IMG/VR virus record: IMGVR_UViG_3300021168_000053 | Source: a virus | DNA: 40,716 bases | Strand: one strand, 5' to 3' | In this document: positions 1 to 8,319 of the stretch, in pieces | Layout: each line of letters starts with the position of its first letter | Numbering within the stretch: the stretch's first letter is position 1 | Position numbers and translations under genes: made by a program | The notes under the pieces: model-generated | The model's database searches: none | The model's input: only the letters and a program-made list of their open reading frames with translations | Told to the model about the DNA's origin: nothing

Positions 1-1430
1 ACAACCGGGCTCTTCGTGAGATCGCCAAAGCCGCACCCACCACTCGCCAAGGTACGGTTTCAGAGGGCGACGCGACAAAGGGCCTTCGCAAGGCCGGTGG
101 TGGCCAGCGGTTCATGGCTGCGGACAATCTGGAATCGGTTATGGAGAAGTCGGCCGTGACCAATTCCGCGTCGGCTATGGTAGCCGACGAGTTCTCGCGG
201 TCCGCCACGTATACCCAGCCCCGCAGCATCACCATCGAGGGCAAGTACGAGGGCGCTCCAGTCATCAGCATCTGGACTGGTTTCGCGGTCCAGGTCGTCA
301 ATACTAAGGGCGACCGCCGGATCGAGCAGGGGCCGAAGAAACTCCTTCTCGACTACGACGAGACGCTGGAGGTCCAGGAGCTGTCCACCGGCAAGCCCAA
401 GACCACGGATAAGCTCAAGCGCACGGTATACTTGCGCGTCCTGAACAACAAGGTCTCGGATGTTATCGTCGTCGAGACCAAGGATCACGTCGAGGTCGAG
501 GTCAAGGTCTGCTACCGAGTCAACTTCAAAGGCGACTCATCCAAGTGGTTCTCCAGCGACAACTACGTCAAGTTGCTCTGCGACCACGCCCGTTCGTTGC
601 TCAAGGGACAGGTCAAGAAGTTCACAATCAGCGAGTTCTACGCAACTCCGACGGACATCATCCGCAACGTCATCCTCGGCACCTCCAGCCCGGACGGACG
701 CAAAGGACTGATCTTCGACGAGAACAACATGGAAGTCGGAGACGTGGACGTGACCAGCGTCACCCTGAAGGACCAGCGCATCGCCGGGGTCCTCCAGCAA
801 GCGCAGCACGAAGTTATCCAGCAAAACATCTCGCTGGAGCGTGCGCTGCGAAACCTGGAAGTCACCATGAAGCAAGAGGAGATCAACCGCAAGAGCGCCG
901 ACGCCCACCACGAAACGGTGAAGCGAAACACGCAGCTGGAGGCGGAGACAATCCAGCTGGCCTTGTCGCTCTCTCTGGCCAGGATCGAATCCCAGCTGGA
1001 GGAAGCCGCCAAGCAGGCAGAGGCTGAGAAGGAGCGTCAGCGCCAGGAAGACATCGTGCACGACTCAGATCTGTCGCGGCGCTCGCGCACGGCCACTCTG
1101 GACGCCACCATCGAGACTGACAAGCAGAAGCGTCAGATCGAGTTCATTCAGGCTGAAGCAGCAGCGCTCGTTCAGAAGTTCGGCGCCCTGGCGCCGGGCT
1201 TTACCGAGGCATTACTGGCCGTCAGCAACAACCACACGCTGGCGCAGATCGCAGAAGCGGGCTCCGCTCAGCATCTGCTCGGCGGCAAGACGGTGATCGA
1301 GATCTTGGGCAAGGCATTCTCCGGTTCTCCCTTCCAGAACGTGCTGGAAAACATTGCCAAAAGGGCGACGGCTCCGACGCTGAACGCCAACGGCAATCTC
1401 TCCAACAAGCCTCAGCTCCCCGCCACGTAA
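1..1430 (+). CDS. SPFH/band-7-like domain protein with C-terminal coiled coil. The frame is open to the window start, so the gene is 5'-partial. The first in-window ATG is at 114.
   Basis: Frame of ORF 114..1430 has no stop back to position 3. Central region (VYLRVLNNKVSDVIVVETKDHVEVEVKVCYRVNF...FYATPTDIIRNVILG) resembles an SPFH/prohibitin-like fold. C-terminal 150 aa is Q/E/A-rich coiled coil. A terminator follows. Confidence 0.55.
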   Translation, partial: NRALREIAKAAPTTRQGTVSEGDATKGLRKAGGGQRFMAADNLESVMEKSAVTNSASAMVADEFSRSATYTQPRSITIEGKYEGAPVISIWTGFAVQVVNTKGDRRIEQGPKKLLLDYDETLEVQELSTGKPKTTDKLKRTVYLRVLNNKVSDVIVVETKDHVEVEVKVCYRVNFKGDSSKWFSSDNYVKLLCDHARSLLKGQVKKFTISEFYATPTDIIRNVILGTSSPDGRKGLIFDENNMEVGDVDVTSVTLKDQRIAGVLQQAQHEVIQQNISLERALRNLEVTMKQEEINRKSADAHHETVKRNTQLEAETIQLALSLSLARIESQLEEAAKQAEAEKERQRQEDIVHDSDLSRRSRTATLDATIETDKQKRQIEFIQAEAAALVQKFGALAPGFTEALLAVSNNHTLAQIAEAGSAQHLLGGKTVIEILGKAFSGSPFQNVLENIAKRATAPTLNANGNLSNKPQLPAT

Positions 1431-1440
1431 CCGTTCCGAC

Positions 1441-1482
1441 AGGAGGCTCCCTCGGCTGATCTGCTGGGGGAGCCTCTTTTTT
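1441..1482 (+). terminator. Rho-independent terminator after the SPFH-like gene
   Basis: GAGGCTCCC(1443-1451)...GGGAGCCTC(1468-1476) 9-bp GC stem followed by TTTTTT (1477-1482), directly after stop codon at 1428-1430. Confidence 0.6.
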
Positions 1483-1490
1483 CAGCACCT

Positions 1491-1529
1491 ACTTTATCGG
1501 TGTTGACACCTATTTTATCGGTGCTCGCA
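1491..1529 (+). promoter_or_regulatory. Promoter-like region. TTGACA (1503-1508) is flanked by two copies of the direct repeat TTTATCGGTG (1494-1503, 1514-1523). It ends immediately at an ATG (1530).
   Basis: Seen in sequence: consensus -35 hexamer, imperfect -10 (CGCAAT ending 1530), and 10-nt direct repeats spaced 20 bp. Possible operator or leaderless start. Confidence 0.3.
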
Positions 1530-1730
1530 ATGAACGATCAAGAACAGATCGAACGATTTACATTACTTCGTCGGCTGGCTAAGGAAGGCCATTTGATGTG
1601 GGCCGACGACACATTGAACCTGTTCAAGCACATCGATCAATTGAACGAGACAATCAACAGGCTTGAGCGCAGGATCAGTTCGATCGAAGAACAAGCTGCT
1701 ATTCGTGGCTGGCACTTCTTTGACTACTGA
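1530..1730 (+). CDS. Small hypothetical protein (66 aa; ORF track start 1500)
   Basis: ORF 1500..1730. Internal Met at 1530 follows the promoter-like element. Coiled-coil-like sequence (NETINRLERRISSIEEQ). Confidence 0.4.
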   Translation: MNDQEQIERFTLLRRLAKEGHLMWADDTLNLFKHIDQLNETINRLERRISSIEEQAAIRGWHFFDY

Positions 1731-1739
1731 GGATCGGAA

Positions 1740-1976
1740 ATGGACCCGGACAAATCGCGTGGGCTTTATAACAAGTACGTCGTCAGGCGCAGCGACGGCA
1801 GCAGCCGCAAGGGCAAAAAACACGCTGGATGTATGTACTATGTCCTTGATCTATCACATGATATCTATGCCGGACCCGCGTTGATAGCCTATGCAGACGC
1901 CTGCGCAGCTGAGTTCCCGCTCCTGGCAGAAGACCTACGTAAGCTGGCCAAAAACTTGCCAATCAAGCAGCCCTGA
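1740..1976 (+). CDS. Hypothetical protein, 78 aa
   Basis: ORF. GAGGAT upstream of ATG. Same strand block as neighbours. Confidence 0.4.
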   Translation: MDPDKSRGLYNKYVVRRSDGSSRKGKKHAGCMYYVLDLSHDIYAGPALIAYADACAAEFPLLAEDLRKLAKNLPIKQP

Positions 1977-2008
1977 GAGACGCTTATTGACCGGAGGGGC
2001 TAGGACCC

Positions 2009-2455
2009 ATGAGTAAGGAATCGCCCATCGCAGACCCGCAGGATTACACAGTCAGTGATCTGCTTGAGATGGCCAGCAACTACGAAGCTGGCGTCATGAA
2101 GGTGATCGCCAGGAACCAAGACGGCTCGATCAAGGGCTCAGTGATCGTCACGAATGCTGAATCAACTGAGGAGATCGTCGCGGCTGTCGAGGAAATCGAA
2201 GATAAATGGTCAGATGAAGATGACGACGATGACGAGCCGCCCGTAGCGGACGCAACCCCTCCAACGCCGGTTCCCGTCCGCATCAAGGGCGTGGGAGCAA
2301 AGGGCGCCACGTTCCTTCTCGGCATGATGCAGATCCACGAGATGGATGCCTCTATCGTCTTCGGTGCTCATGATGCCCTGGAGCTGACATTCGATCAGGA
2401 TCAAATGAAGAGGATAATGAGCATCTTCCACGAACATCTGCATGGTCACGAATGA
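2009..2455 (+). CDS. Acidic hypothetical protein, 148 aa (DEDDDDDE stretch)
   Basis: ORF with GGAGGGG RBS-like motif about 8 nt upstream. Stop overlaps next start (ATGATG). Confidence 0.55.
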   Translation: MSKESPIADPQDYTVSDLLEMASNYEAGVMKVIARNQDGSIKGSVIVTNAESTEEIVAAVEEIEDKWSDEDDDDDEPPVADATPPTPVPVRIKGVGAKGATFLLGMMQIHEMDASIVFGAHDALELTFDQDQMKRIMSIFHEHLHGHE

Positions 2456-2703
2456 TGCGCGTGAAATTCAGCAACAAGTCCACAGAAGAGATGTGCGGAG
2501 ACCTGGTACCCGATTCAGAGAAGCTCTACAAGGGTGGCTTCGCCTGCTCCAGGACAGCTGGGCATGCACCTCCATGCATCGCAATGGCCCGGGATGCCGC
2601 GAAGGCTGATGGCGTATGCCATTGGTGCCGCCTACCGATGCCTGGGGAACACCTGCCTGATTGCGGCGCTGCTCCCGAAGATGATGAAGATCAAGACAAA
2701 TGA
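2452..2703 (+). CDS. Cys/His-rich small protein, putative zinc-binding, 83 aa
   Basis: ORF with ATGA-type overlap at both ends. Cysteine cluster (CSRTAGHAPPC...CHWCRLPMPGEHLPDC). Confidence 0.5.
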   Translation: MMRVKFSNKSTEEMCGDLVPDSEKLYKGGFACSRTAGHAPPCIAMARDAAKADGVCHWCRLPMPGEHLPDCGAAPEDDEDQDK

Positions 2704-3194
2704 AGTATTGGTTCGACTGCGAATTTGATGAAAATGGTTCCACCATCGAGCTGATAACCATTGGCATCGTCGCGGAGGATCGTCGGGAGCTTTACCTTGC
2801 ATCGACAGAATTCGATCCCCAGAAGTGCGATTCGTGGGTGCAAGAACACGTACTACCATTCATCCCATCAGTATTCGATACAAGATCCATGCTGCGCTAT
2901 GACATCGCCCGGGAGATCCTGAAGTTCTTTGAAGGCGATCCAGCTCCAGAAATTTGGAGCTACTTCGGCGATTACGACTGGGTCTGCTTCGCTCAGCTAT
3001 TCGGCAAGATGATTCACTTGCCTGAGCACCTACCAAGATTCTGCATGGACTTGAAGCAGCTCCGCATCGAGAAAGGCAACCCTCGTCTCCCGCCGCATCT
3101 TGGTAGACAGCACGTTGCTATTGATGACGCTCGCTGGCACCGCGACATCTACTATGCGCTCGCGCCTCTCCCATGGCTGCTACCAGCCGGCTAA
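2700..3194 (+). CDS. DEDDh-type 3'-5' exonuclease (DnaQ/oligoribonuclease-like fold)
   Basis: N-terminal FDCEFDENG (Exo I D-x-E), YDW/FGDYDW region, and C-terminal H-x4-D motif (DDARWHRDIYYA) typical of DEDDh exonucleases. Translationally coupled to upstream gene. Confidence 0.7.
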   Translation: MKYWFDCEFDENGSTIELITIGIVAEDRRELYLASTEFDPQKCDSWVQEHVLPFIPSVFDTRSMLRYDIAREILKFFEGDPAPEIWSYFGDYDWVCFAQLFGKMIHLPEHLPRFCMDLKQLRIEKGNPRLPPHLGRQHVAIDDARWHRDIYYALAPLPWLLPAG

Positions 3195-3277
3195 GGAATT
3201 CGCGTCAACCATCGACTTGACTATTGCACAGTCACCTACTTGGGTGCAAATTGTTTCCAACTTTCAAGGAGGTGACA

Positions 3278-3985
3278 ATGGATAGCACTCAAGTAAACGG
3301 AACCAATGGCCACCATCCGAAACAGTGGACCGACAAAGAACTCACAGTCCTCTCAGCGATGGTCAGAGACGGGGTTGATGATCCCGGCAAGCTCGTCTCT
3401 GAGGTCAACAAGGAAGCTGCGAATCCTCGCACCCTCGCTGCGGTTCATCATAAGCTCCTGAAGATGGACAAGGCCGGTGACCTCAAGGTCCCCAAAGAAT
3501 TGATCCGCAAGATGGGGACGAGCATTCGCAACACCTACCCGAAGCCAAATCCCAGGCGATTGAATCTCAAGCAGCTCGCAAACAAATGGGCTACTTGCTC
3601 AGCCACTGCGAAGATCGCCAACCGGTCAAAGGCCTGGATCACCCTCTCCCATCGGGACAAGAAGGTCGGCCGTCGCGACGGTAAGGACGGGATCTACGAA
3701 TACAACCTGCTCGACATCGCCAAGCTCCTTCCAGGGCCTGACCAGCGTAAGATGCTAGGACGCTTGAGCAGTAAATCAAAGAAGCGTGATAAAGACACCA
3801 CGCTGGTCCTGGATCTTGGCGATATCGAAAATTTCAAGAGCGTAGAAGTGAGGGAGCACCCGCCTGCGCCCGATCTCGTTTCGGCTATCAAATGGGTACT
3901 AGATGGGCACTTCGTTATGAGGCGCTTCACCGCGGAGCAGGCGCTCGAAGAGATTCAGAAGCTGGTCACAGAAGAATCGGCATGA
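3278..3985 (+). CDS. Hypothetical protein, 236 aa (ORF track start 3224)
   Basis: Perfect AAGGAGGT (3266-3273) 5 nt upstream of ATG 3278. Basic, lysine-rich protein. Confidence 0.6.
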   Translation: MDSTQVNGTNGHHPKQWTDKELTVLSAMVRDGVDDPGKLVSEVNKEAANPRTLAAVHHKLLKMDKAGDLKVPKELIRKMGTSIRNTYPKPNPRRLNLKQLANKWATCSATAKIANRSKAWITLSHRDKKVGRRDGKDGIYEYNLLDIAKLLPGPDQRKMLGRLSSKSKKRDKDTTLVLDLGDIENFKSVEVREHPPAPDLVSAIKWVLDGHFVMRRFTAEQALEEIQKLVTEESA

Positions 3986-4192
3986 CTACGACTTCCCGCC
4001 CCACAAAACATCCAGCCGCTCCCTGATAGCCTGAGCACGCTTCCTCCACGCGGCCTGCTGGTGAAAGCCGCGCTCGCCGGCTCCATCTCCAACGCTATCC
4101 CAATAGTGCTGTTGAACGGCAGCCTCAGCCATGGCTTGAATCGCTTCCGCGAAGCCTAGCGTGGCTGGGTCCCGCTCGGTGAACTCAGCCAT
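3986..4192 (-). CDS. Small hypothetical protein, 68 aa
   Basis: ORF immediately downstream (minus strand) of the tRNA-binding protein gene. Weak evidence. Confidence 0.3.
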   Translation of the reverse strand: MAEFTERDPATLGFAEAIQAMAEAAVQQHYWDSVGDGAGERGFHQQAAWRKRAQAIRERLDVLWGGKS

Positions 4193-4193
4193 C

Positions 4194-4550
4194 TCAGCAG
4201 ACCTTCGTACCAGGAGGGACTTCGCGGTCCACCTCCGAAAGGGCGAGAAGCTTCTTGTCGCCAGCAGCGAGGATCATCCCACGCGACTCAATACCACGTA
4301 TCGTCGCCGGCTTCAGGTTAGCCACGAGGATGATACTCCTGCCTATCAGCTCCTCCGGCTTGTAGTCCTCAGCGAGCCCCGCCACAACCTGACGCTGCTC
4401 GTCGCCGAGATCGACGGTGAGCTTGTAGAGCTTAGTGGTCTTCGGAACAGTCTCCGCGGTGAGGATCTTGGCCACACGCAAATCGACCTTGGCAAAATCT
4501 TCGATGCTGATCTTCCCGGAATCTCCATCTGCCTCAGTAGACTCGGCCAT
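4194..4550 (-). CDS. csaA: tRNA-binding protein, CsaA/Trbp111/MetRS-C-terminal (EMAP-type OB fold) family
   Basis: Strong end-to-end match to the tRNA-binding OB domain: DFAKVDLRVAKIL...KLYKLTVDLG...RQVVAGLAEDYKPEELIGRSIILVANLKPATIRGIESRGMILAA...LLALSEVDREVPPGTKV. Confidence 0.8.
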   Translation of the reverse strand: MAESTEADGDSGKISIEDFAKVDLRVAKILTAETVPKTTKLYKLTVDLGDEQRQVVAGLAEDYKPEELIGRSIILVANLKPATIRGIESRGMILAAGDKKLLALSEVDREVPPGTKVC

Positions 4551-4882
4551 TACTTACCTCCAAGATCGTGCAGTTTCTTGAGAATCTGATCAGCAGTTGC
4601 AGTTGGATTTTTCAACTGTTCCAACACCGCGATCATCTCAGCTCGCAAATGCTCGTAAGCCACTTTCGCTCCCAACGCAAGCAACAGGTGGCCAGGGATC
4701 TTAACCCTTCCTCCACGCTCCCAAACGTTCGTGTAGCCACCCTTGGGCTCGTCGGTACTTTCTACCCAAACCACGTCAACCAGGCCCGACCAATCGCCAT
4801 TGTGGATGACTGATACCACCGAGTAACCAGGAACATCGAATTTGGTCGCATGTGACATCACAGCCTCCACGGCGGTCCCCAC
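4550..4882 (-). CDS. Hypothetical protein, 110 aa
   Basis: ORF abutting csaA-like gene on same strand. Confidence 0.45.
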   Translation of the reverse strand: MGTAVEAVMSHATKFDVPGYSVVSVIHNGDWSGLVDVVWVESTDEPKGGYTNVWERGGRVKIPGHLLLALGAKVAYEHLRAEMIAVLEQLKNPTATADQILKKLHDLGGK

Positions 4883-5328
4883 GGGTACTCGCCGGCTCGC
4901 TTACTGATCCACCCACCATCAGCCAACTGCTTGATACACGCGTCGCAGACCGGATCCGGCAGCCTACCCTTGTCATCCTTCGCCAGGTACTCTGCCGGCG
5001 GGTCCTTCACGAAGTCATAGAAATCCGTGTCGAGATGGCTGCCATAGCAGCAAAGAATCCCGTACTTGCCCTCATGCTCCAAGACGACAGACGCGCAGTC
5101 AGCGCCCTGCGTCGCGCTCTCGCCTATTCCGTGGTCCGCCTTGCAGATCGCACAGATGACGTGAAAGCGCTCCTGGATCAGAAGGAGATCAGCCTCCTTG
5201 AGAGTAATTCCAGCGCTGTGGGCAAGGTCGGCAGAGTCTCGTCCCAGCTGCTCAATCCTCCACTTCACCTGCATGGGAGTGATTCCCAATTGCTTTGCGA
5301 CGTAATTGGTGCGGCTTCTTAGACTCAT
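4858..5328 (-). CDS. Hypothetical protein with N-terminal HTH-like segment and C-terminal Cys/His cluster (putative zinc-binding DNA-binding protein)
   Basis: ORF, 156 aa. AKQLGITPMQVKWRIEQLG helix-turn-helix-like. CAIC...C...CC...H...CDAC cysteine pattern. Confidence 0.45.
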   Translation of the reverse strand: MSLRSRTNYVAKQLGITPMQVKWRIEQLGRDSADLAHSAGITLKEADLLLIQERFHVICAICKADHGIGESATQGADCASVVLEHEGKYGILCCYGSHLDTDFYDFVKDPPAEYLAKDDKGRLPDPVCDACIKQLADGGWISKRAGEYPWGPPWRL

Positions 5329-5559
5329 GTCTACTCCCTACAGACGAGACACCTGCATCTGTGCGGCGCCGTCAGCGATCTCATTGATCGCGTCAGGAGA
5401 TTATGAACCGAATAGACTGGTTTGCTGCGAGCGATCAGATGACCACACTCCAACGTCAGAACCCAATACTTGCCACCGTGTTCGCCTACGGAGTCTTTAA
5501 TGTGGACAACCTCCCTCCATGGCGACTCGGAGGCCGAGTGTCGCTCGACAAGTCGTAGG

Positions 5560-5862
5560 TTACTCATGGGAACGGTTTTTCTTGCCCTTGAACGAAGTCT
5601 TGTGCAGCTCCTTTTTCGGAGGCGGCCACGCACGCCGGTACAGCTTCTTCATCGTCATCGAGAACTCTCTGTATCCATCCCGACGAAGATGTTCTGCTGC
5701 CCTCAAGAACCTCTTGCACTCTTCCTTTTGGCCCTGATTGAAGTAGTCAACTGCGATTCGCACCATCGCCTGGTATTTGGAAATACACTCCGAATACGCA
5801 ATCTCTGCCGCTTCGTGGCCTTGAGCCAGCGTCATGGCTGTGGGTCCTGGGCTGGATCCCAC
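5560..5862 (-). CDS. Hypothetical protein (about 90-100 aa)
   Basis: ORF only. Start may be the internal Met near 5835. Confidence 0.3.
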   Translation of the reverse strand: MGSSPGPTAMTLAQGHEAAEIAYSECISKYQAMVRIAVDYFNQGQKEECKRFLRAAEHLRRDGYREFSMTMKKLYRRAWPPPKKELHKTSFKGKKNRSHE

Positions 5863-6137
5863 GCAACATTGATAGCGATTTGCTGCCCGTTGGCCGTGTA
5901 AATCTGAGCTGGATGCCAGTCTCGATAGCGACGTGGCCGTGGAGCCTTCGTTCGTGGCCTAAGATAGCGGGGCCGTGGATCTTTGAGCAGGTCCCATTTC
6001 TTCACCACAAGGTTTGGATGCGCCTTGGCGTAGGCAGCCAGGGCCTTCGCCTCTCTCCAGGTAAGCCGCGCGCAACGCTGCTCTTGAGCAATCATCCACG
6101 CCTTACGTGCGGCCTTCTTGAAACGACGCTTATTCAT
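5832..6137 (-). CDS. Basic hypothetical protein, 101 aa (Lys/Arg-rich)
   Basis: ORF only. Confidence 0.35.
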   Translation of the reverse strand: MNKRRFKKAARKAWMIAQEQRCARLTWREAKALAAYAKAHPNLVVKKWDLLKDPRPRYLRPRTKAPRPRRYRDWHPAQIYTANGQQIAINVAWDPAQDPQP

Positions 6138-6367
6138 ACTGGCTTCGGTCCACCATCAGCAATGAGACAACCACGGAATGTAATCGATCCCAGCCTTACG
6201 AGCCTCCGGGTCGCCACATGAACGGCTTCAATTTGCGACGACAGGCTCCTGTCCTTGATCAGAACCCAGTCACCATCCGTGTTTACGGTGACTGACCGTG
6301 TCAGAATCTTTTTTGCCTGTCGCCACCGCATTGATCTACCGATTGGCCGGATACTGCTGTGGACCAC
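6134..6367 (-). CDS. Hypothetical protein, 77 aa
   Basis: ORF only, with a 4-nt overlap with its neighbour. Confidence 0.3.
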   Translation of the reverse strand: MVHSSIRPIGRSMRWRQAKKILTRSVTVNTDGDWVLIKDRSLSSQIEAVHVATRRLVRLGSITFRGCLIADGGPKPV

Positions 6368-6794
6368 CAGCGCTGGCGCTGCTCTCCTTGGAAACCTTCG
6401 GCTTGTCCTTCTTCACGAGATCAACTCGCTCGTCCTCGAAATAGAACGAGTCGATTGGCTTCCCTTCATGCAAGGCGGTGGGGGCGATGATCAGTCGAAC
6501 TCCCCGGTAGAGAGAGACGGTGCGCCCGCTGAGGATGCCCTCGAAACCCGTCCACGTATCCCGCACGCGACTCCCCATCGGGATCCTCACATCGGGAGTC
6601 TTGAACGGCTTTGCCTCCTCGGTGGTTTCGAGGTTCTGTTCGTCGAAGACCTGGCTCTCGACGGGTTTACCATCCTTCAGCTCAGACGATTCGACCATGA
6701 TCTGCGCGCAACCGTGCAGAAATTCCGTGCGCGCAATCGCCATCCCGCTGAAGCCATTGATCGTGTTGCGGACTTTATTGCCGAGGTTGATCAT
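6336..6794 (-). CDS. Hypothetical protein, 152 aa
   Basis: ORF. Composition more protein-like than the overlapping plus-strand ORF 6255..6797. Abuts the ARH gene. Confidence 0.45.
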   Translation of the reverse strand: MINLGNKVRNTINGFSGMAIARTEFLHGCAQIMVESSELKDGKPVESQVFDEQNLETTEEAKPFKTPDVRIPMGSRVRDTWTGFEGILSGRTVSLYRGVRLIIAPTALHEGKPIDSFYFEDERVDLVKKDKPKVSKESSASAGGPQQYPANR

Positions 6795-7642
6795 TAGGAA
6801 TTCCCTCCTTGTTTCATCTTGGCCATCAGTTTCTCATCCAGCTCCCGTAGAAAGCGGAGCCCATACTTGCCTTTTTCCAGCGTGTCATACAGGTGTTGCG
6901 GCAAGTTCTTCTTCATCTCCCGAGAACATGAAGCCGCTGCCATGGTAATCGCCGCTGCCGTATCGGTATCCCCGCCGAAGTCAACCACCATCTTCAGGCA
7001 GTCGGCGAGATTGTCTGTGGCCTTGATGCATGTGACAGCAGCACGAACATCCATCCAGCCTTGGGCCTTGACCTTACCTGTCCATGGCTCATCCCAGTTA
7101 CGGGTCCCAGCAAGAGTCAAGTACTGCCCAATCCCAGCCTTTGGCCCTTTGTCATAGAGAAAATAATGAGTCATGAGCGCGACCGCCTGAGCCGCAGCGA
7201 TTCCGTCGATCGTATTGTGGGTGATCTTGGCTTGCTGTCTCGCCGCTACAATTACCTTGAACGCATCTGGCAGCGTGCCGATTGGACCTGCACGCATAGC
7301 CGCACCACTTTTGTCAGAGTCCGGGACGACCTCCTGCTTGAAGCCGGAGACCGTCGAGATGCGTTCGAGAATTGCCTGGAACCCGCGGGAGTATCCGTCC
7401 CGAGGGTCTCTCTTGAACACGTCGATAAACTTCGCGATGACCACATCTTCATCGAACGGCGCCTCGTCGACTAGTAGCTCAGCAACCGCGATCGACATCT
7501 GGGTGTCGTCGGTATACTGGCCTGCCTTCAGCTTGTGAGTGGGGTGCTTGACATACTTTGACAAATCGTTCTTAGGCAGATTGGAGTCAGCGTACTCGAA
7601 CCCGCTCCCGTAGGCATCACCGATAGCAATCTCAACGAGCAT
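6794..7642 (-). CDS. ADP-ribosylglycohydrolase (ARH/DraG family)
   Basis: Family signatures: N-terminal IGDAYGSGFE, YTDDTQM, and C-terminal DFGGDTDTAAAI metal-binding motif. 282 aa. Confidence 0.85.
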   Translation of the reverse strand: MLVEIAIGDAYGSGFEYADSNLPKNDLSKYVKHPTHKLKAGQYTDDTQMSIAVAELLVDEAPFDEDVVIAKFIDVFKRDPRDGYSRGFQAILERISTVSGFKQEVVPDSDKSGAAMRAGPIGTLPDAFKVIVAARQQAKITHNTIDGIAAAQAVALMTHYFLYDKGPKAGIGQYLTLAGTRNWDEPWTGKVKAQGWMDVRAAVTCIKATDNLADCLKMVVDFGGDTDTAAAITMAAASCSREMKKNLPQHLYDTLEKGKYGLRFLRELDEKLMAKMKQGGNS

Positions 7643-8287
7643 TTATCTTCTCCGTCCGTTGACGATCAGATCAAATACTTCTGCGACCCGTGACTTCACA
7701 AAAGAAAGAGGATAGCTGGTGTCGATATAGTAGCTGCACACTCTCCTCTTCTTGCCTAACGGATACTGGGCCGCAATCCTCTCTCTCGCTTCCGCCTCCG
7801 TGCATTTGTCGCGAATCATTACACGTTTGCGCTGCGTCTCGTGGTCACAGCCCACGACGATCAAACGGTCGAACTCCTTGTACGCACCAAATTCCACCAG
7901 CAGAGCCGCTTCATAAATAATGAGCGGATCATCTTGCCAGTAGCGTCGCGCCCACCACTCGATCTGGATCATGGCCTGTTGCTGAATACGCGGACCCATG
8001 ATCTTATTGAGCTTCTTTAGCTTGGCAGGATCACCAAAGACAATCCGACCCAGCTTCTTCCTGTCCAGGCCCGTGGGACACAAGACACTTCTGCCGAACG
8101 TCTTCACGATTTCGGTCAGAGCCGGTTCGCCTGGGGCGACGAGAAGACGGGCGATAAAGTCAGCGTCGACGATGTTGACTCGGTGGCTATGCTTGCGAAA
8201 GAGGTTGGCTACTGTGCTCTTACCAGAACCGATACCGCCCGTCAGGCCCACTACATGGATTGGGTGTTCAAGTCCCTTGAATCTCAT
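7643..8287 (-). CDS. coaE: Dephospho-CoA kinase
   Basis: P-loop VGLTGGIGSGKST, VDADFIARLL, and C-terminal PLL(V)E/Q-R pattern typical of CoaE. 214 aa. Confidence 0.85.
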   Translation of the reverse strand: MRFKGLEHPIHVVGLTGGIGSGKSTVANLFRKHSHRVNIVDADFIARLLVAPGEPALTEIVKTFGRSVLCPTGLDRKKLGRIVFGDPAKLKKLNKIMGPRIQQQAMIQIEWWARRYWQDDPLIIYEAALLVEFGAYKEFDRLIVVGCDHETQRKRVMIRDKCTEAEARERIAAQYPLGKKRRVCSYYIDTSYPLSFVKSRVAEVFDLIVNGRRR

Positions 8288-8319
8288 GTCCCATGTTGTA
8301 CGACCATGGGGAGGAGACC

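Noticed and set aside
460-1061. ORFs 460..711(+), 545..1027(+), 537..1061(-), 638..1012(-) inside the SPFH-like gene
   Set aside because: These are Arg/Ser/Pro-rich shadow ORFs typical of alternative frames in high-GC coding DNA. They are fully contained within a gene that has family-level similarity.
6255-6797. Plus-strand 180-aa ORF overlapping 6336..6794(-)
   Set aside because: The minus-strand alternative has more protein-like composition and keeps the uninterrupted minus-strand operon. The plus ORF is Arg/Leu-rich.
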